DNA of 61,541 nucleotides, counting the filler, from Candidatus Babelota bacterium (GTDB lineage: Bacteria > JAGOBX01), in NCBI GenBank assembly GCA_017999075.1. It is 11 parts of 11 records of this genome, joined end to end, with 100 filler letters (N's around TTAATTAATTAA, not from the genome) between each part and the next. Parts side by side here need not be neighbours in the genome. Positions count along the whole stretch, not along the records: positions 40,349 to 52,971 come from JAGOBX010000052.1; positions 53,072 to 55,832 come from JAGOBX010000551.1; positions 55,933 to 58,688 come from JAGOBX010000552.1; 8 more parts are not named here. The stretch is one strand, 5' to 3'. Made by a program: the position numbers and the translations under genes. Positions 48,314 to 58,788 of the stretch are shown one piece after another. The notes below the pieces were generated by a model that was given only the letters and a program-made list of their open reading frames with translations, had not been told where the DNA came from and did no database searches. Within the stretch, counting starts at the first letter, position 1, and every line of letters starts with the position of its first letter.

Positions 48314-49858
48314 CTAATATTCTTCAGTTTTTTTAGGAAAAAAAATTGATATGAATAAAATTAATCCTAATAAAATTATAACCGTGTTAGAAAAAATATC
48401 TCCATATCTCATATAAAACGACCCTTTCTTTTCAGGATAATATGTGAAATTTAAAAGGATTTCTTCATTTGTTAAAGGCGACGACGAATATATTATTTCT
48501 CCGATTCCACTGATTATTCCCGATATCCCGCTATTACCGCACCTCAAAATCGGCAGATGATTCTGAACAGCAGTAAAAACATTCATCGCAAAATGCTGTT
48601 GATGCGCTTGAATGCTGTTTGTCCACGCATCATTAGTTATATTTATAAAAAAATCGGCTCCTGATTTAGCAAATTTTCTTGATAAATCATGAAAAATCGA
48701 TTCATAACATATCATTGGAGCAATTTTATATTCAACATTGTCCATTACTGTTATTTTATCTCCAGGTGTAAAATTACCGCATTGTAAACTGTCGGCAATC
48801 TTCTTTACAAAATCATATTTATTATAAAACGGCGTTATTTCTCCAAAAGGCACAAGATGTATCTTATTATAATAATCTATTATTTTGCCGGCCGGAGACA
48901 ATAGAATTGCCGTGTTAAAATAATCAAACCCGTTTCTTGAATTGGGTTTATATGTCTGCGTACCAAAAAAAATACTGCTTCCTGAAGCGTATGCATTTTT
49001 TGACAACATATATTTCCATTGAAAATTTTTCCATTCAAGGTTTCCAGACACAGGATTATAAAAAAACAAATCATCAAGAATAATCGTTTCGCTTAAAATT
49101 ATTAAATCAGGTTTGTTTAACAAAAGTTTGTCTATAGAATTAATTATTTTAGGAATTATCTTGTTCCGCTGTTCCGACCATAACATATAATATGGAGAAA
49201 AATTAGGTTGTACAAATCCTACTGAAATTTGTTTTTCCAGTGAAGCTGATTTGTAATCTTCTATTTTGTCAAATCCGTACAAAAGAATTAAAAATATTAA
49301 AAGTATTATGACAACGGATTGAATTATAAGCCTGTTATTTTTTAAATGGGATAATATCAAATAAGCTATAATAGAATTTATTAAACATATAACAAAAGAT
49401 ATTCCGAAAACCCCTGTTATATCACTCGCCTGAATAAATTGAATAAATTTATACTGGGTATATCCTAATACTCCCCAAGGGAATCCGAAATAACCATTGC
49501 TTCTGAAATATTCTAATGATGTCCAGACTATTGGAAAAATAAAGATATCTATGTAGTAAAGCCTTCGTATAATAAAAGCATATGTCAAAAACATTATCAA
49601 AAAATAAATATTGAAAATTATTATTATTCCAGGCAAAGCTATTATATGATAAATATAAATCCATGTAAGAATTCCTAAAACAAATATTGTCGTGAAAACA
49701 CAAGATATGACAGCAATCTGACCGTATGAAGAATCTTCAAGCGCTATTATCAATGGAACAAGAGAAACAAAAGAAAGCCACGTTAAATCAAATGGTGGAA
49801 ATGACAAAAATAATAATACTGCGGAAACAGCCGCATAAGAAATTTTTATTTTCAGCAT
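48314..49858 (-). CDS. lnt: Apolipoprotein N-acyltransferase
   Basis: GFPWGVLGYTQ, QPN, SET, YNKIHLVPFGE, ICYES, NITNDAW. Confidence 0.93.
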   Translation of the reverse strand: MLKIKISYAAVSAVLLFLSFPPFDLTWLSFVSLVPLIIALEDSSYGQIAVISCVFTTIFVLGILTWIYIYHIIALPGIIIIFNIYFLIMFLTYAFIIRRLYYIDIFIFPIVWTSLEYFRSNGYFGFPWGVLGYTQYKFIQFIQASDITGVFGISFVICLINSIIAYLILSHLKNNRLIIQSVVIILLIFLILLYGFDKIEDYKSASLEKQISVGFVQPNFSPYYMLWSEQRNKIIPKIINSIDKLLLNKPDLIILSETIILDDLFFYNPVSGNLEWKNFQWKYMLSKNAYASGSSIFFGTQTYKPNSRNGFDYFNTAILLSPAGKIIDYYNKIHLVPFGEITPFYNKYDFVKKIADSLQCGNFTPGDKITVMDNVEYKIAPMICYESIFHDLSRKFAKSGADFFINITNDAWTNSIQAHQQHFAMNVFTAVQNHLPILRCGNSGISGIISGIGEIIYSSSPLTNEEILLNFTYYPEKKGSFYMRYGDIFSNTVIILLGLILFISIFFPKKTEEY

Positions 49859-49861
49859 ATT

Positions 49862-50470
49862 TTATAACAAATATGAATCCTGCTTTTTTACTGGCGACGG
49901 CAGTGATTTAGCAGAAACATCTTTTATCTGAACATCCACCTGTTTTTCAGGTTTTAAATCCGTATTTTCTCTTACAGTCTTATTGATAGGATATTTTTTA
50001 TCAGCCTTTGAATCAATAAAAATTGATTCCGTTTTTTTCAATGGTTCTTTTTTTATTATATCAGCAACACTATTGTGTTTAAATTTTTCTGAAACAGTCA
50101 AATTTATAAATTGAGAATCCATTGAAAAAATATTAAAATTCAATTTAGCTAATTCTGTATTTTCCGATAATAATAAATTCAATTCATTTACAAAATTATT
50201 ACAGGCCGATAAAGATTCGGTTTTATCTTGTTTAATATTATAATCAGCAATTAGTCTAACAAATTTTTGTGTGAACAAATTAGAATTGGACAAAAAATTT
50301 ATTAATTTTAAGGTTTGGAACTGCAATTCCGAATAATAATTTGACCTTCCTATTTTTTTCGGTTTTATATTATATACAGCGCACCAAAACTTGACATTTC
50401 TTTGCGTTATTCCTGATTTTTCAACAACCTCGTCAAGTTTATACCCTAAATTTTGTTTCATGATATTCAT
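49862..50470 (-). CDS. MerR-like HTH protein with a low-complexity C-terminus
   Basis: YKLDEVVEKSGITQRNVKFW...RSNYYS resembles a MerR HTH. Confidence 0.55.
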   Translation of the reverse strand: MNIMKQNLGYKLDEVVEKSGITQRNVKFWCAVYNIKPKKIGRSNYYSELQFQTLKLINFLSNSNLFTQKFVRLIADYNIKQDKTESLSACNNFVNELNLLLSENTELAKLNFNIFSMDSQFINLTVSEKFKHNSVADIIKKEPLKKTESIFIDSKADKKYPINKTVRENTDLKPEKQVDVQIKDVSAKSLPSPVKKQDSYLL

Positions 50471-50505
50471 TACCCCATCAGCAAAATATAAAATTATTAT
50501 ATTTT

Positions 50506-51585
50506 TTATGCAGATTTAATTTCATTAAAAAATTCATCAGCGCATTTTTTTTGTTCTTCATCCTTTGAAGTTTCTTTTATAATAGAAAAAATTTTGTTTA
50601 AAGAATCAGCATCTTTAAAAATAAGTTGAGTTAAAGATTCATTTTTTTTCGATAAGTCCAATAAAGTCTTGTCCGTATTAACCAGCAATAGACTTAATAT
50701 CTTGCTTAGATAACTGTATAAAACCGGTTCCTTTTCGAGCATTTCATGAAACGTTGATTTTTCAATTTTTTTGATTTTAGATTCTTCGTTACAAACAAAT
50801 TCAAAATAATTTTCATTTTTAGGTTCTTTCAACAACATAGAAAAATTTGTAAGTATGGTGTGTTTTTTATCACTGGTATAGACAGTAAGTTTGTTGCATA
50901 AAATCGATATTTTTCCTGAAAGAAGCAAATAAAAACTATCGTCTTGATTAGATTTATTGAAAAATATCGTTTTTTTCTCAAAAACATTATTTTCTTGAAT
51001 TTCCGCAGATTTATAGGTTCCGTAATCTCTGTTAACAGATTGAATGTTATCCCTTACCATTTCATATTTTGATTTCATATTTTTTTTCAGATTCTGAATT
51101 TGAGTGTTTAATCCTGATCCTTCAATTTTCATCTGAAATAATTTTTGGGTATATTTTGTTATACCTGATAAATTTTCATCTATTTTGTCTTTTAAAGAAT
51201 TTATTTGACTGGCAGTATGAATAATTCTATCTATAACAGTATTTAAAATACTAATCCCTATTTCTTTGTTCAATTTTATTATTTCATTTAAATTTACACC
51301 TTCTGCAAAAGTAATTATTTCCAGTTCAACTTGCCCTTCAGCTACAAGTGATGCCGAACGTTCACGATTAAGAAGCAGCCCTATTTCTCCTATAGTCTGG
51401 TTTGGAGTATTAATTATATTTACTACTTTTCCAGTTTTAGTTACAATATCTTCAGTTATTTTTTTTTCAACATTAACATACACTTTTATAGAGCCTGATC
51501 TTAAAACAAAAAGTTTATCGGTTTTCTCGTTTTGTAAACATATTATCTGATTATTCTTGTATTTTTTTATTTCAACGTTTATCAT
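50506..51585 (-). CDS. Tandem cyclic nucleotide-binding domain protein without HTH
   Basis: Domain 1: LFVLRSGSIKV...IGEIGLL...RSAS. Degenerate domain 2: FYLLLSGKISI. Joined by a coiled coil. Confidence 0.75.
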   Translation of the reverse strand: MINVEIKKYKNNQIICLQNEKTDKLFVLRSGSIKVYVNVEKKITEDIVTKTGKVVNIINTPNQTIGEIGLLLNRERSASLVAEGQVELEIITFAEGVNLNEIIKLNKEIGISILNTVIDRIIHTASQINSLKDKIDENLSGITKYTQKLFQMKIEGSGLNTQIQNLKKNMKSKYEMVRDNIQSVNRDYGTYKSAEIQENNVFEKKTIFFNKSNQDDSFYLLLSGKISILCNKLTVYTSDKKHTILTNFSMLLKEPKNENYFEFVCNEESKIKKIEKSTFHEMLEKEPVLYSYLSKILSLLLVNTDKTLLDLSKKNESLTQLIFKDADSLNKIFSIIKETSKDEEQKKCADEFFNEIKSA

Positions 51586-51629
51586 AATTATAGTCTCCTA
51601 TGGGAAACGGTAAAATTAATTTCAAAAAT

Positions 51630-52226
51630 TTATTCCGCAGAATTTTCTATTATTTTTTCTTTAAATTTTCCTGGATTGTACTTTGCTAAATTTCCTGAAC
51701 TGTCTTTGTATGACGATTTTTCACTTCTCTGAATCCTTATTCCTTCTGCTCCGCCTTTTTCTGCATCACTTATATCAGTATCTGAATCTCCGTAGAAAAT
51801 ATCAAGTTTTAATTTTTTTATACGCTCAATTTTTGAGGCAGGTTCAAAATATGTGTTTTCTTCAGGTATTCCAAATTTTTCACTAATAAATTTTTTTAAA
51901 TTATCTCCCCCTATACCGGGACGGGCAGTAATAACAAATATTTCACAATTTTGCGATTTATGAAATTTTATTATTTCCATTACTTTTTTTTTAACTATTG
52001 AAACTTTGGAATCTAAAGAATTAACTTCCCGCCAAAATTCATCTGTATCCCACTGGTATTTGATTTTCGCATTATCAAATGCAGGAGTTGAAAATAATAG
52101 GGTATCATCAACATCAAATCCAACGCGCAATTTACCTGAAGATATTTCAGAAACAGGAATTCTGGCGCAGGAAAATAATGTAATAAAAATTATCCAATAA
52201 ATAAACTTTGTTCTATAATTTTTCAT
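51630..52226 (-). CDS. aphA: Class B acid phosphatase-like HAD lipoprotein
   Basis: Lipobox LFSC; VGFDVDDTLLFS, ITAR, FYGDSDTDI, GIRIQR. Confidence 0.8.
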   Translation of the reverse strand: MKNYRTKFIYWIIFITLFSCARIPVSEISSGKLRVGFDVDDTLLFSTPAFDNAKIKYQWDTDEFWREVNSLDSKVSIVKKKVMEIIKFHKSQNCEIFVITARPGIGGDNLKKFISEKFGIPEENTYFEPASKIERIKKLKLDIFYGDSDTDISDAEKGGAEGIRIQRSEKSSYKDSSGNLAKYNPGKFKEKIIENSAE

Positions 52227-52259
52227 ATTTTTTTTGTGAACTGTAATAAATTTGAAAGT

Positions 52260-52288
52260 ATTATATTTAAATCATAAAGTTTTGTCAA
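52260..52288 (-). promoter_or_regulatory. Consensus sigma70 promoter of the aphA-to-lnt run
   Basis: Perfect TTGACA-N17-TATAAT on the minus strand. Confidence 0.75.
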
Positions 52289-52309
52289 AATAAAAAAAAT
52301 AAAAAAAAC

Positions 52310-52338
52310 TTGATTTTAAAATTGTTTATTAATATAAT
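52310..52338 (+). promoter_or_regulatory. Sigma70-type promoter of fliE
   Basis: TTGATT-N17-TATAAT; AGGAG RBS downstream. Confidence 0.55.
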
Positions 52339-52380
52339 TATATAAAGACAATAATCGATAATCTTCAGGAGTGTGATTTT

Positions 52381-52701
52381 ATGATAGATTTACAGCCGAA
52401 TTTTGAACAATTAATCAAGACAACGCCGGTTAATAACTCTAAAATATCTTCTATTCCGGGTAAATCCGAAGGATTGCAGCTTGTTGACAGTTTCGCTTCA
52501 ATTTTAAAATCACAACTTGTTGACACAAATGATGCTCAAATATATGCCGATGAAATGAATAAAAAACTTGTTCTTGGAGAAGTGTCTAATGTTCACGATG
52601 TTATGATAGCAGGCCAAAAAGCTACAATGGCTCTTGAATTTACATTGCAGCTCAGAAATCTTTTAATGAACGCTTATAATCAACTTACAATGCTGAGATA
52701 A
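52381..52701 (+). CDS. fliE: Flagellar hook-basal body protein FliE
   Basis: SFASILK...TNDAQ...GEVSNVHDVMIAGQKA...LRNLLMNAYNQLTM. Confidence 0.9.
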   Translation: MIDLQPNFEQLIKTTPVNNSKISSIPGKSEGLQLVDSFASILKSQLVDTNDAQIYADEMNKKLVLGEVSNVHDVMIAGQKATMALEFTLQLRNLLMNAYNQLTMLR

Positions 52702-52783
52702 AAAAAATAAAAAAAATATTGTTTTTTTTTTATTTTTTTGTATTATCTGATTCTTGTTAATTTTAATTAACGCTTTTTTATAT

Positions 52784-52859
52784 TCCGATGTAGCTCAGCC
52801 GGTAGAGCAAGTGGCTGTTAACCACTGGGCCGGGGGTTCGAGTCCCTCCATCGGAGCCA
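52784..52859 (+). tRNA. tRNA-Asn (GTT)
   Basis: Cloverleaf: TCCGATG/CATCGGA acceptor stem, GCTC/GAGC D arm, AGTGG-CTGTTAA-CCACT anticodon arm, TTCGAGT T loop, encoded CCA. Confidence 0.97.
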
Positions 52860-52872
52860 TTTCAGACACTAT

Positions 52873-52914
52873 GCGGAATTGAGTTAACTCAGTTAACTTG
52901 ATTCCGCTTTTTTT
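52873..52914 (+). terminator. Intrinsic terminator after tRNA-Asn
   Basis: GCGGAATTGAGTTAAC-TCA-GTTAACTTGATTCCGC followed by T7. Confidence 0.85.
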
Positions 52915-52971
52915 ATTTTTAGGGTCATTTAACTGTAGTTGTATTTTGAACTGTTCCGGCAGCCGCGACCA

Positions 52972-53071
52972 NNNNNNNNNNNNNNNNNNNNNNNNNNNNN
53001 NNNNNNNNNNNNNNNTTAATTAATTAANNNNNNNNNNNNNNNNNNNNNNNNNNNNNNNNNNNNNNNNNNNN
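52972..53071. other. Artificial contig linker
   Basis: N44-TTAATTAATTAA-N44. Confidence 0.98.
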
Positions 53072-54440
53072 TGTTTATATACTGTCTGCTGAAAAAATAA
53101 AAAGCATTAATTTTAACGGTTCTGCCAAAGAAATAATTGAATTGATAGCGCAGGAACACAACCTGAATGTAGTGTTTGATTTTTCTGCCATAATGGACAA
53201 TAACGATAAAATAATGATAAATCTTAATGATATAGAACCGATAGATATAATAAAAGAAGCAAGTAAAAATGCGGGGTTTGAGCTCAAAGATCAAGGTTAT
53301 CTCATAAAGATCTATTCTAAAAAAACAGGGAATGAAAAAAATACGAATGATAGAATGTATGAAAAAAAAATAAAATTATTTAAACTTAATTATGTGGATG
53401 CAAGTTCGTTAAAAAAAATTATTGATTCGCTGTTTTCCATTAATGATATAAAAACTGAAATTCTTCATTACGAACCTGATAAAATAGAAAATACCGGAGG
53501 GACCAACACAGGAACGTCTTCGTCAGGAGGAATAGAACAAACATTGGGTTCAATAAGCAGATTGAACAAACCTTCTAATTTATTATTAGTTAAAGCTCCA
53601 GGCAATATTATGGATGAGATAGAATTGCTGGTATCTGAGTCGGACAAAAAACCAAAACAGGTTTTAATAAAAGTTATTATAGCAGAAATTTCAGATGACT
53701 TATCAAAAGAATTAGGTATAAAATGGGATTTGTCGTCAAATCTTAATTTCAAGGAACAGCGCATAGGAGGAGAAGAATTATTAACTGCTTCATCAGAATA
53801 TAATTGGGGAAAAATAGCAAAATATGAAATCACTGCACTTATGAAAGCAATATCAAACGATAAAAAAAGTAAAATTCTTTCAAGGCCATGGGTATTGACT
53901 TTAAATAATGAACTTGCCCAGATTAAAGTTACAGACAAACTTCCGTATGTAAGTTCTTACACTCAATCAGGAGTGGGAGTGGATATCGTATTGAAACCTG
54001 AAATTAAAGTGGAAGAATTCGGCATAAAACTTGCCGTTCTGCCGAGAATATCTTCATCAGAAAATATAATGCTTGATATTTATCCGTCTGTAACGGATTT
54101 TATACGTTTTGAAACATTCGGAACTGGAAATACTCAGACAAAAGTTCCTTTTGTATCTGTGCGTGAATCTTACACAAAATTGGTTGTTCAAAACGATGAT
54201 ATAATAGTTATAGGAGGATTACTTACAGATAAAAAAGTGGACAGTAACGATAAAATCCCATTTCTTAATAAGATACCTGTTTTAGGGAAATTATTTAATC
54301 ATAGCTCGACTACAAATGAATCTTCAGAATTAATTATGTTTATCAGCGCGCATATATTATCAGATGATCTTTCGTCGGATTCAGCAGTAACTGAATTAAA
54401 AGAAAAACTTCCTCCGCAGGTAAAGGAATTTGAAAAATGA
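53072..54440 (+). CDS. Secretin (GspD/PilQ family), 5' end slightly truncated
   Basis: LFKLNYVDA N-domain, QVLIKVIIAE, ILSRPWVLTLNNELA, FGIKLAVLPRI, IGGLL, KIPVLGKLF. Confidence 0.88.
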
Positions 54441-55832
54441 AAATCACCAAAAAACGTCTGGGAGACATGCTTATAGAGTCGAATCTGTTAACTGAAGAAC
54501 AATTACGAAAAGCATTGTTGGCTCAGAAATTGACTAATGAAAGGCTGGGAAATGTTTTAAAACAGCTGGGATTTATAACCGAAGAAACTCTTATAAATTT
54601 TTTAAGTAAACAATTATCAATACCTATAGTTAATTTAAACAAGATTTCTCTGCAAAAAAAATTGGCCAATCTTATAAGCCGAAAATATTCGGATGAAAAT
54701 AAATTATTGCCGATAAATCTTGAAAATGGAATGCTTACTGTGGTTATGGCTGACCCGCTTAATGTGTTTGTTGTTGATCAGCTTCAGGGAATGACAAAAT
54801 GCGAGATTGAAGTTGGTATTGCTCCTGAAACACAGATAATGAGTTCAATAAATAAATTGTATGATTCTGAAGATTCTTCTAAAAATTTATTAGAAGATCT
54901 TGATTTCACGACCCTTCTTGAAAATGGAAATACGAATGTGGTTTCATCTGACGATTCTCCAATAGTAAAACTTGTTACCAATATGATAACAGAAGCATTC
55001 AGAAAAGGTGCAAGCGATGTTCATTTTGATCCTCAGAAAAACGGGTTAGCCGTGCGTATCAGGTTAGACGGTATAATGATGGATTTGTCATTTTTGCAAA
55101 ATAATCTGAAACCGCTTATTTCTTCGAGACTGAAAATTATGGGGAATCTTGATATAGCGGAAAAGAGAATTCCGCAAGATGGAAGAATCTCGATTAATCT
55201 TGATGGAAAAGAAATTGATCTGCGCATTTCATCATTGCCCACAATATACGGTGAAAAAATAGTATTGAGAATTTTAGACAAAAGTTCGTTGTTTGGCGGG
55301 ATAAGCGAACTTGGTTTTTCAGAACTTAATTTATCAAGGTATAAAGAAATTATAAACAGGCCGCAGGGGATTATTCTTGTAGTGGGGCCTACAGGAAGCG
55401 GTAAAACAACGACTCTTTATGCTTCTCTTCAAGAACTTAATAACGGACTTAAAAATATTATAACAATTGAGGATCCTGTTGAATACGAGCTTAGAAACAC
55501 TAATCAGGTGCCGGTTAACAATAAGGCAGGATTAACATTTGCAAACGGACTTCGTTCAATATTAAGGCAGGATCCGGATATTATAATGCTTGGAGAAATA
55601 AGAGATCAGGAAACTGCCAGGATGGCTATTCAGGCATCATTGACAGGACACCTTGTTTTCAGTACACTCCACACTCTCAATGCTGCAAGTTCCTTCAACC
55701 GTTTGATTAATATGGAGATTGAACCTTATTTAATTGCTACCTCAGTAGAATGTGTGATAGCGCAAAGGCTGGTTAGAAAAATATGCGTCAATTGTAAACG
55801 TCCTGTTGAAATAACTCCTGAGACAATCCGTA
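54437..55832 (+). CDS. PilB/GspE-family ATPase with N-terminal MshEN domain, 3' truncated
   Basis: RLGDML...ALLAQ and RLGNVL...FLSKQ tandem motifs; GPTGSGKTTT, LRQDPD, TGHLVFSTLH. Confidence 0.9.
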
Positions 55833-55932
55833 NNNNNNNNNNNNNNNNNNNNNNNNNNNNNNNNNNNNNNNNNNNNTTAATTAATTAANNNNNNNNNNNN
55901 NNNNNNNNNNNNNNNNNNNNNNNNNNNNNNNN
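55833..55932. other. Artificial contig linker
   Basis: N44-TTAATTAATTAA-N44. Confidence 0.98.
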
Positions 55933-57815
55933 AGTTCAGTAATAAGTTCGGCATTTGAAGAATCAGGATTTATTTTAATTTTTTCAAGATATTTTTCTTT
56001 TATCAATGATTTATTATTGTCATCAATATTAAGAAGTTTTGATTCACTGAATATATTTCGTTTTATTGATTCAGGCGTTATATTATTCTTTTTATTATAT
56101 TCTAATTGTTTTTTTCGGCGCCGGTGAGTTTCAGAAATGGCGTTTTTCATTGATTTAGTTATAGTATTCGCATACATAATTACTCTACCGTTGATGTTTC
56201 TTGAAGCTCTCCCTGAAACCTGAATTAGAGAACGTTCGCTTCTTAAAAAACCTTCTTTGTCAGCATCAAGTATTGCGACCAGTGATACTTCAGGCAAATC
56301 AAGACCTTCTCTTAAAAGGTTTATTCCAACTAAAACATCGAATTCTCCTTTTCTTAATGAATGCAGGATTTTAATTCTATCCAATGTTTCTATTTTTGAA
56401 TGAAGATATTGAACTTTTATATTTAATTTTTTAAGATACTCAGTAAGTTGTTCTGCCATTTTTATAGTTAATGTGGTAACAAGAACACGTTCATTCCTAA
56501 TAACCGTTTCATTAATTTCTCCAACCACATCATCAACTTGATTTTTTGCCGGTTTAACTATAATTTCAGGATCAACCAAACCTGTCGGCCTTATGATTTG
56601 TTCTACTATTATAGAAGATTTTTCAAGTTCATAATCTGCAGGAGTTGCGGAAACGTATAGAGTATAATTAATTTTATTCAAAAATTCTTCAAATTTTAAA
56701 GGGCGATTGTCAAGAGCCGAAGGAAGCCTGAACCCAAAATCGACAAGCGTTTTTTTTCTTGAGTAATCACCGTTATACATTGCCCGTAATTGAGGAATTG
56801 TCGCATGAGATTCGTCTATTATGGTTAAAAAATCTTTTGGGAAATAATCAAATAAAGTATATGGCGTTGAACCTGCTGTTCTGCCTGAAAGATGCCTTGA
56901 ATAATTTTCTATGCCGCTGCAGTAATTCATTTCTGTAAGCATTTCAATATCGTATTCTGTACGCTGCTGCAATCTTTGAGCTTCGAGAACTCTATTGTGC
57001 TTATAAAAAAAATCAAGTCTTTCTGAAAGTTCAACACGTATAGATTCCAGAGCAGAATCAAGCTTTTCAGGAGTAGTCATGAAATGTTTTGCCGGAAATA
57101 TAAATTCTTCAGTCATTATTCGTTCAACATTTTTTGTCACAGGATTTATTTCTTCTATTTTTTCTATCATATCTCCCCAGAACTGAATTCTGATACACGT
57201 TTTTTTATAAGCTAAATATATTTCAATTATATCTCCGGCAACTCTGAAAGTACCTCTGTCCGATGATAAATCATTACGAGAATATTGCATATTTACAAGT
57301 TTTGAAAACATTATTTTTCTGTTAATCTCAGTATTTGTTTTTAAATGCAAAACATAATATTCGTAATCTATAGGTGAACCCAATCCGTATATGCATGAAA
57401 CTGAAGCAATAATTATAACATCTTTTCTTGAAAGAAGAGATGAGGTTGCAGCAAGGCGCATCCTGTCAATTTCTTCATTTATATCCGAATCTTTTTCTAT
57501 GAACGTATCCGTAGAAGGAATATAAGCTTCAGGCTGGTAGTAATCATAAAATGAAACAAAATATTCTACGGCATTATCAGGAAAAAATTGCCTGAATTCA
57601 TCATAAAGCTGAGCTGCTAAAGTTTTATTGTGAGAGATGACAAGAGTTGGTTTATTTATCTCAGAAATTATATTAGCCATTGTAAATGTTTTTCCGCTTC
57701 CAGTAACTCCAAGCAGAACATTTTCTTTATTGTCAGCTAAAATACTTTTAGAAATTTTTTTTATAGCCTGAGGTTGATCACCGGCAGGTTTATAATCTGA
57801 TACGAGTTTAAACAT
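55933..57815 (-). CDS. uvrB: Excinuclease ABC subunit B, 3' truncated
   Basis: [66 protein letters not shown]. Confidence 0.97.
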
Positions 57816-57856
57816 GTTTTTTAATTAAATACAATTATATAGATGTTTTTAAATTA

Positions 57857-58627
57857 TTAAAAATATAACATTATCCTGGTTAAAAAAAAATTTGCTATCA
57901 ATATTACCATAAAAGAAACAACTACCGTAACAGTGGTTGATTTCCCCACTTCTTCAGAACCGCCTGTAGTTCTTATCCCGAAATAACAGCTTATCAATGA
58001 TATTAATAACCCGAAAATAAAAGCTTTTAAAAGATTTGATATTATGTCTATGTTATCGACAAAACTTACAAATGAATCAAGAAAATTTTCAAATCCGACA
58101 TTATAATATATATTTGAAATAAAAGCTCCGCCTAAAAAACCGACAAAATCTGTATAAATAACCAGAATAAGCGTTGAAATAGTACAGCCTATAAACCGCG
58201 GCATGATAAGATAATTATTAACATCAATTCCCATAATATGAATAGCGTCAATTTCTTCAGATACTTTCATTGACCCGAGTTCCGCGGTTATTGATGAACC
58301 TACTTTTCCGGCAATTAATACAGCAGCCTGAACAGGAGCTAATTCTTTCAGCAAAGATAATCCTACTATGGCTCCGAGAAGGTTTGTAAGATTGAATTTG
58401 CTTAATTGATAACCGGTCTGCAGAGCTAAAACCACTCCTATAAAAAAAGACATAACTATAGTTATTATAGTCGATTCCACTCCCATCCTGATAATATTGT
58501 TTTTTATTAAAACACTTCTTTTCTTGAAATTATACATTGATTTCATTATATCTTTGAACATTATTATAATGTCGCCAAATATAAATATAAATTTATATAT
58601 TTTTCCGCGTTTATCAATTGCATTCAT
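57857..58627 (-). CDS. mlaE: MlaE family ABC permease
   Basis: ELAPV, AGKVGSSITAELGSMKVSEEIDA, LIMPRF, GGSEEVGKSTT. Confidence 0.9.
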   Translation of the reverse strand: MNAIDKRGKIYKFIFIFGDIIIMFKDIMKSMYNFKKRSVLIKNNIIRMGVESTIITIVMSFFIGVVLALQTGYQLSKFNLTNLLGAIVGLSLLKELAPVQAAVLIAGKVGSSITAELGSMKVSEEIDAIHIMGIDVNNYLIMPRFIGCTISTLILVIYTDFVGFLGGAFISNIYYNVGFENFLDSFVSFVDNIDIISNLLKAFIFGLLISLISCYFGIRTTGGSEEVGKSTTVTVVVSFMVILIANFFLTRIMLYF

Positions 58628-58630
58628 AAG

Positions 58631-58688
58631 CTTTTTCTTATATACATCTCCTATCCCAAGAGAACAGAGAGGATGTCTTATTCATTCT
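58631..58688 (+). other. Degraded Nextera adapter read-through (assembly artefact)
   Basis: 27/34 identity to CTGTCTCTTATACACATCTCCGAGCCCACGAGAC, then 8-mer CAGAGAGG, then 11/16 identity to ATCTCGTATGCCGTCT; lies at a contig end. Confidence 0.88.
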
Positions 58689-58788
58689 NNNNNNNNNNNN
58701 NNNNNNNNNNNNNNNNNNNNNNNNNNNNNNNNTTAATTAATTAANNNNNNNNNNNNNNNNNNNNNNNNNNNNNNNNNNNNNNNNNNNN
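58689..58788. other. Artificial contig linker
   Basis: N44-TTAATTAATTAA-N44. Confidence 0.98.

Noticed and set aside
52915-52971. Possible IS end or integrated element after tRNA-Asn at the contig break
   Set aside because: Too little sequence; no transposase, integrase or att duplication visible.
12918-58788. Repeated TTAATTAATTAA and ORF ends reading ...XXLIN
   Set aside because: Artificial linker; not a biological repeat, CRISPR array or real C-terminus.
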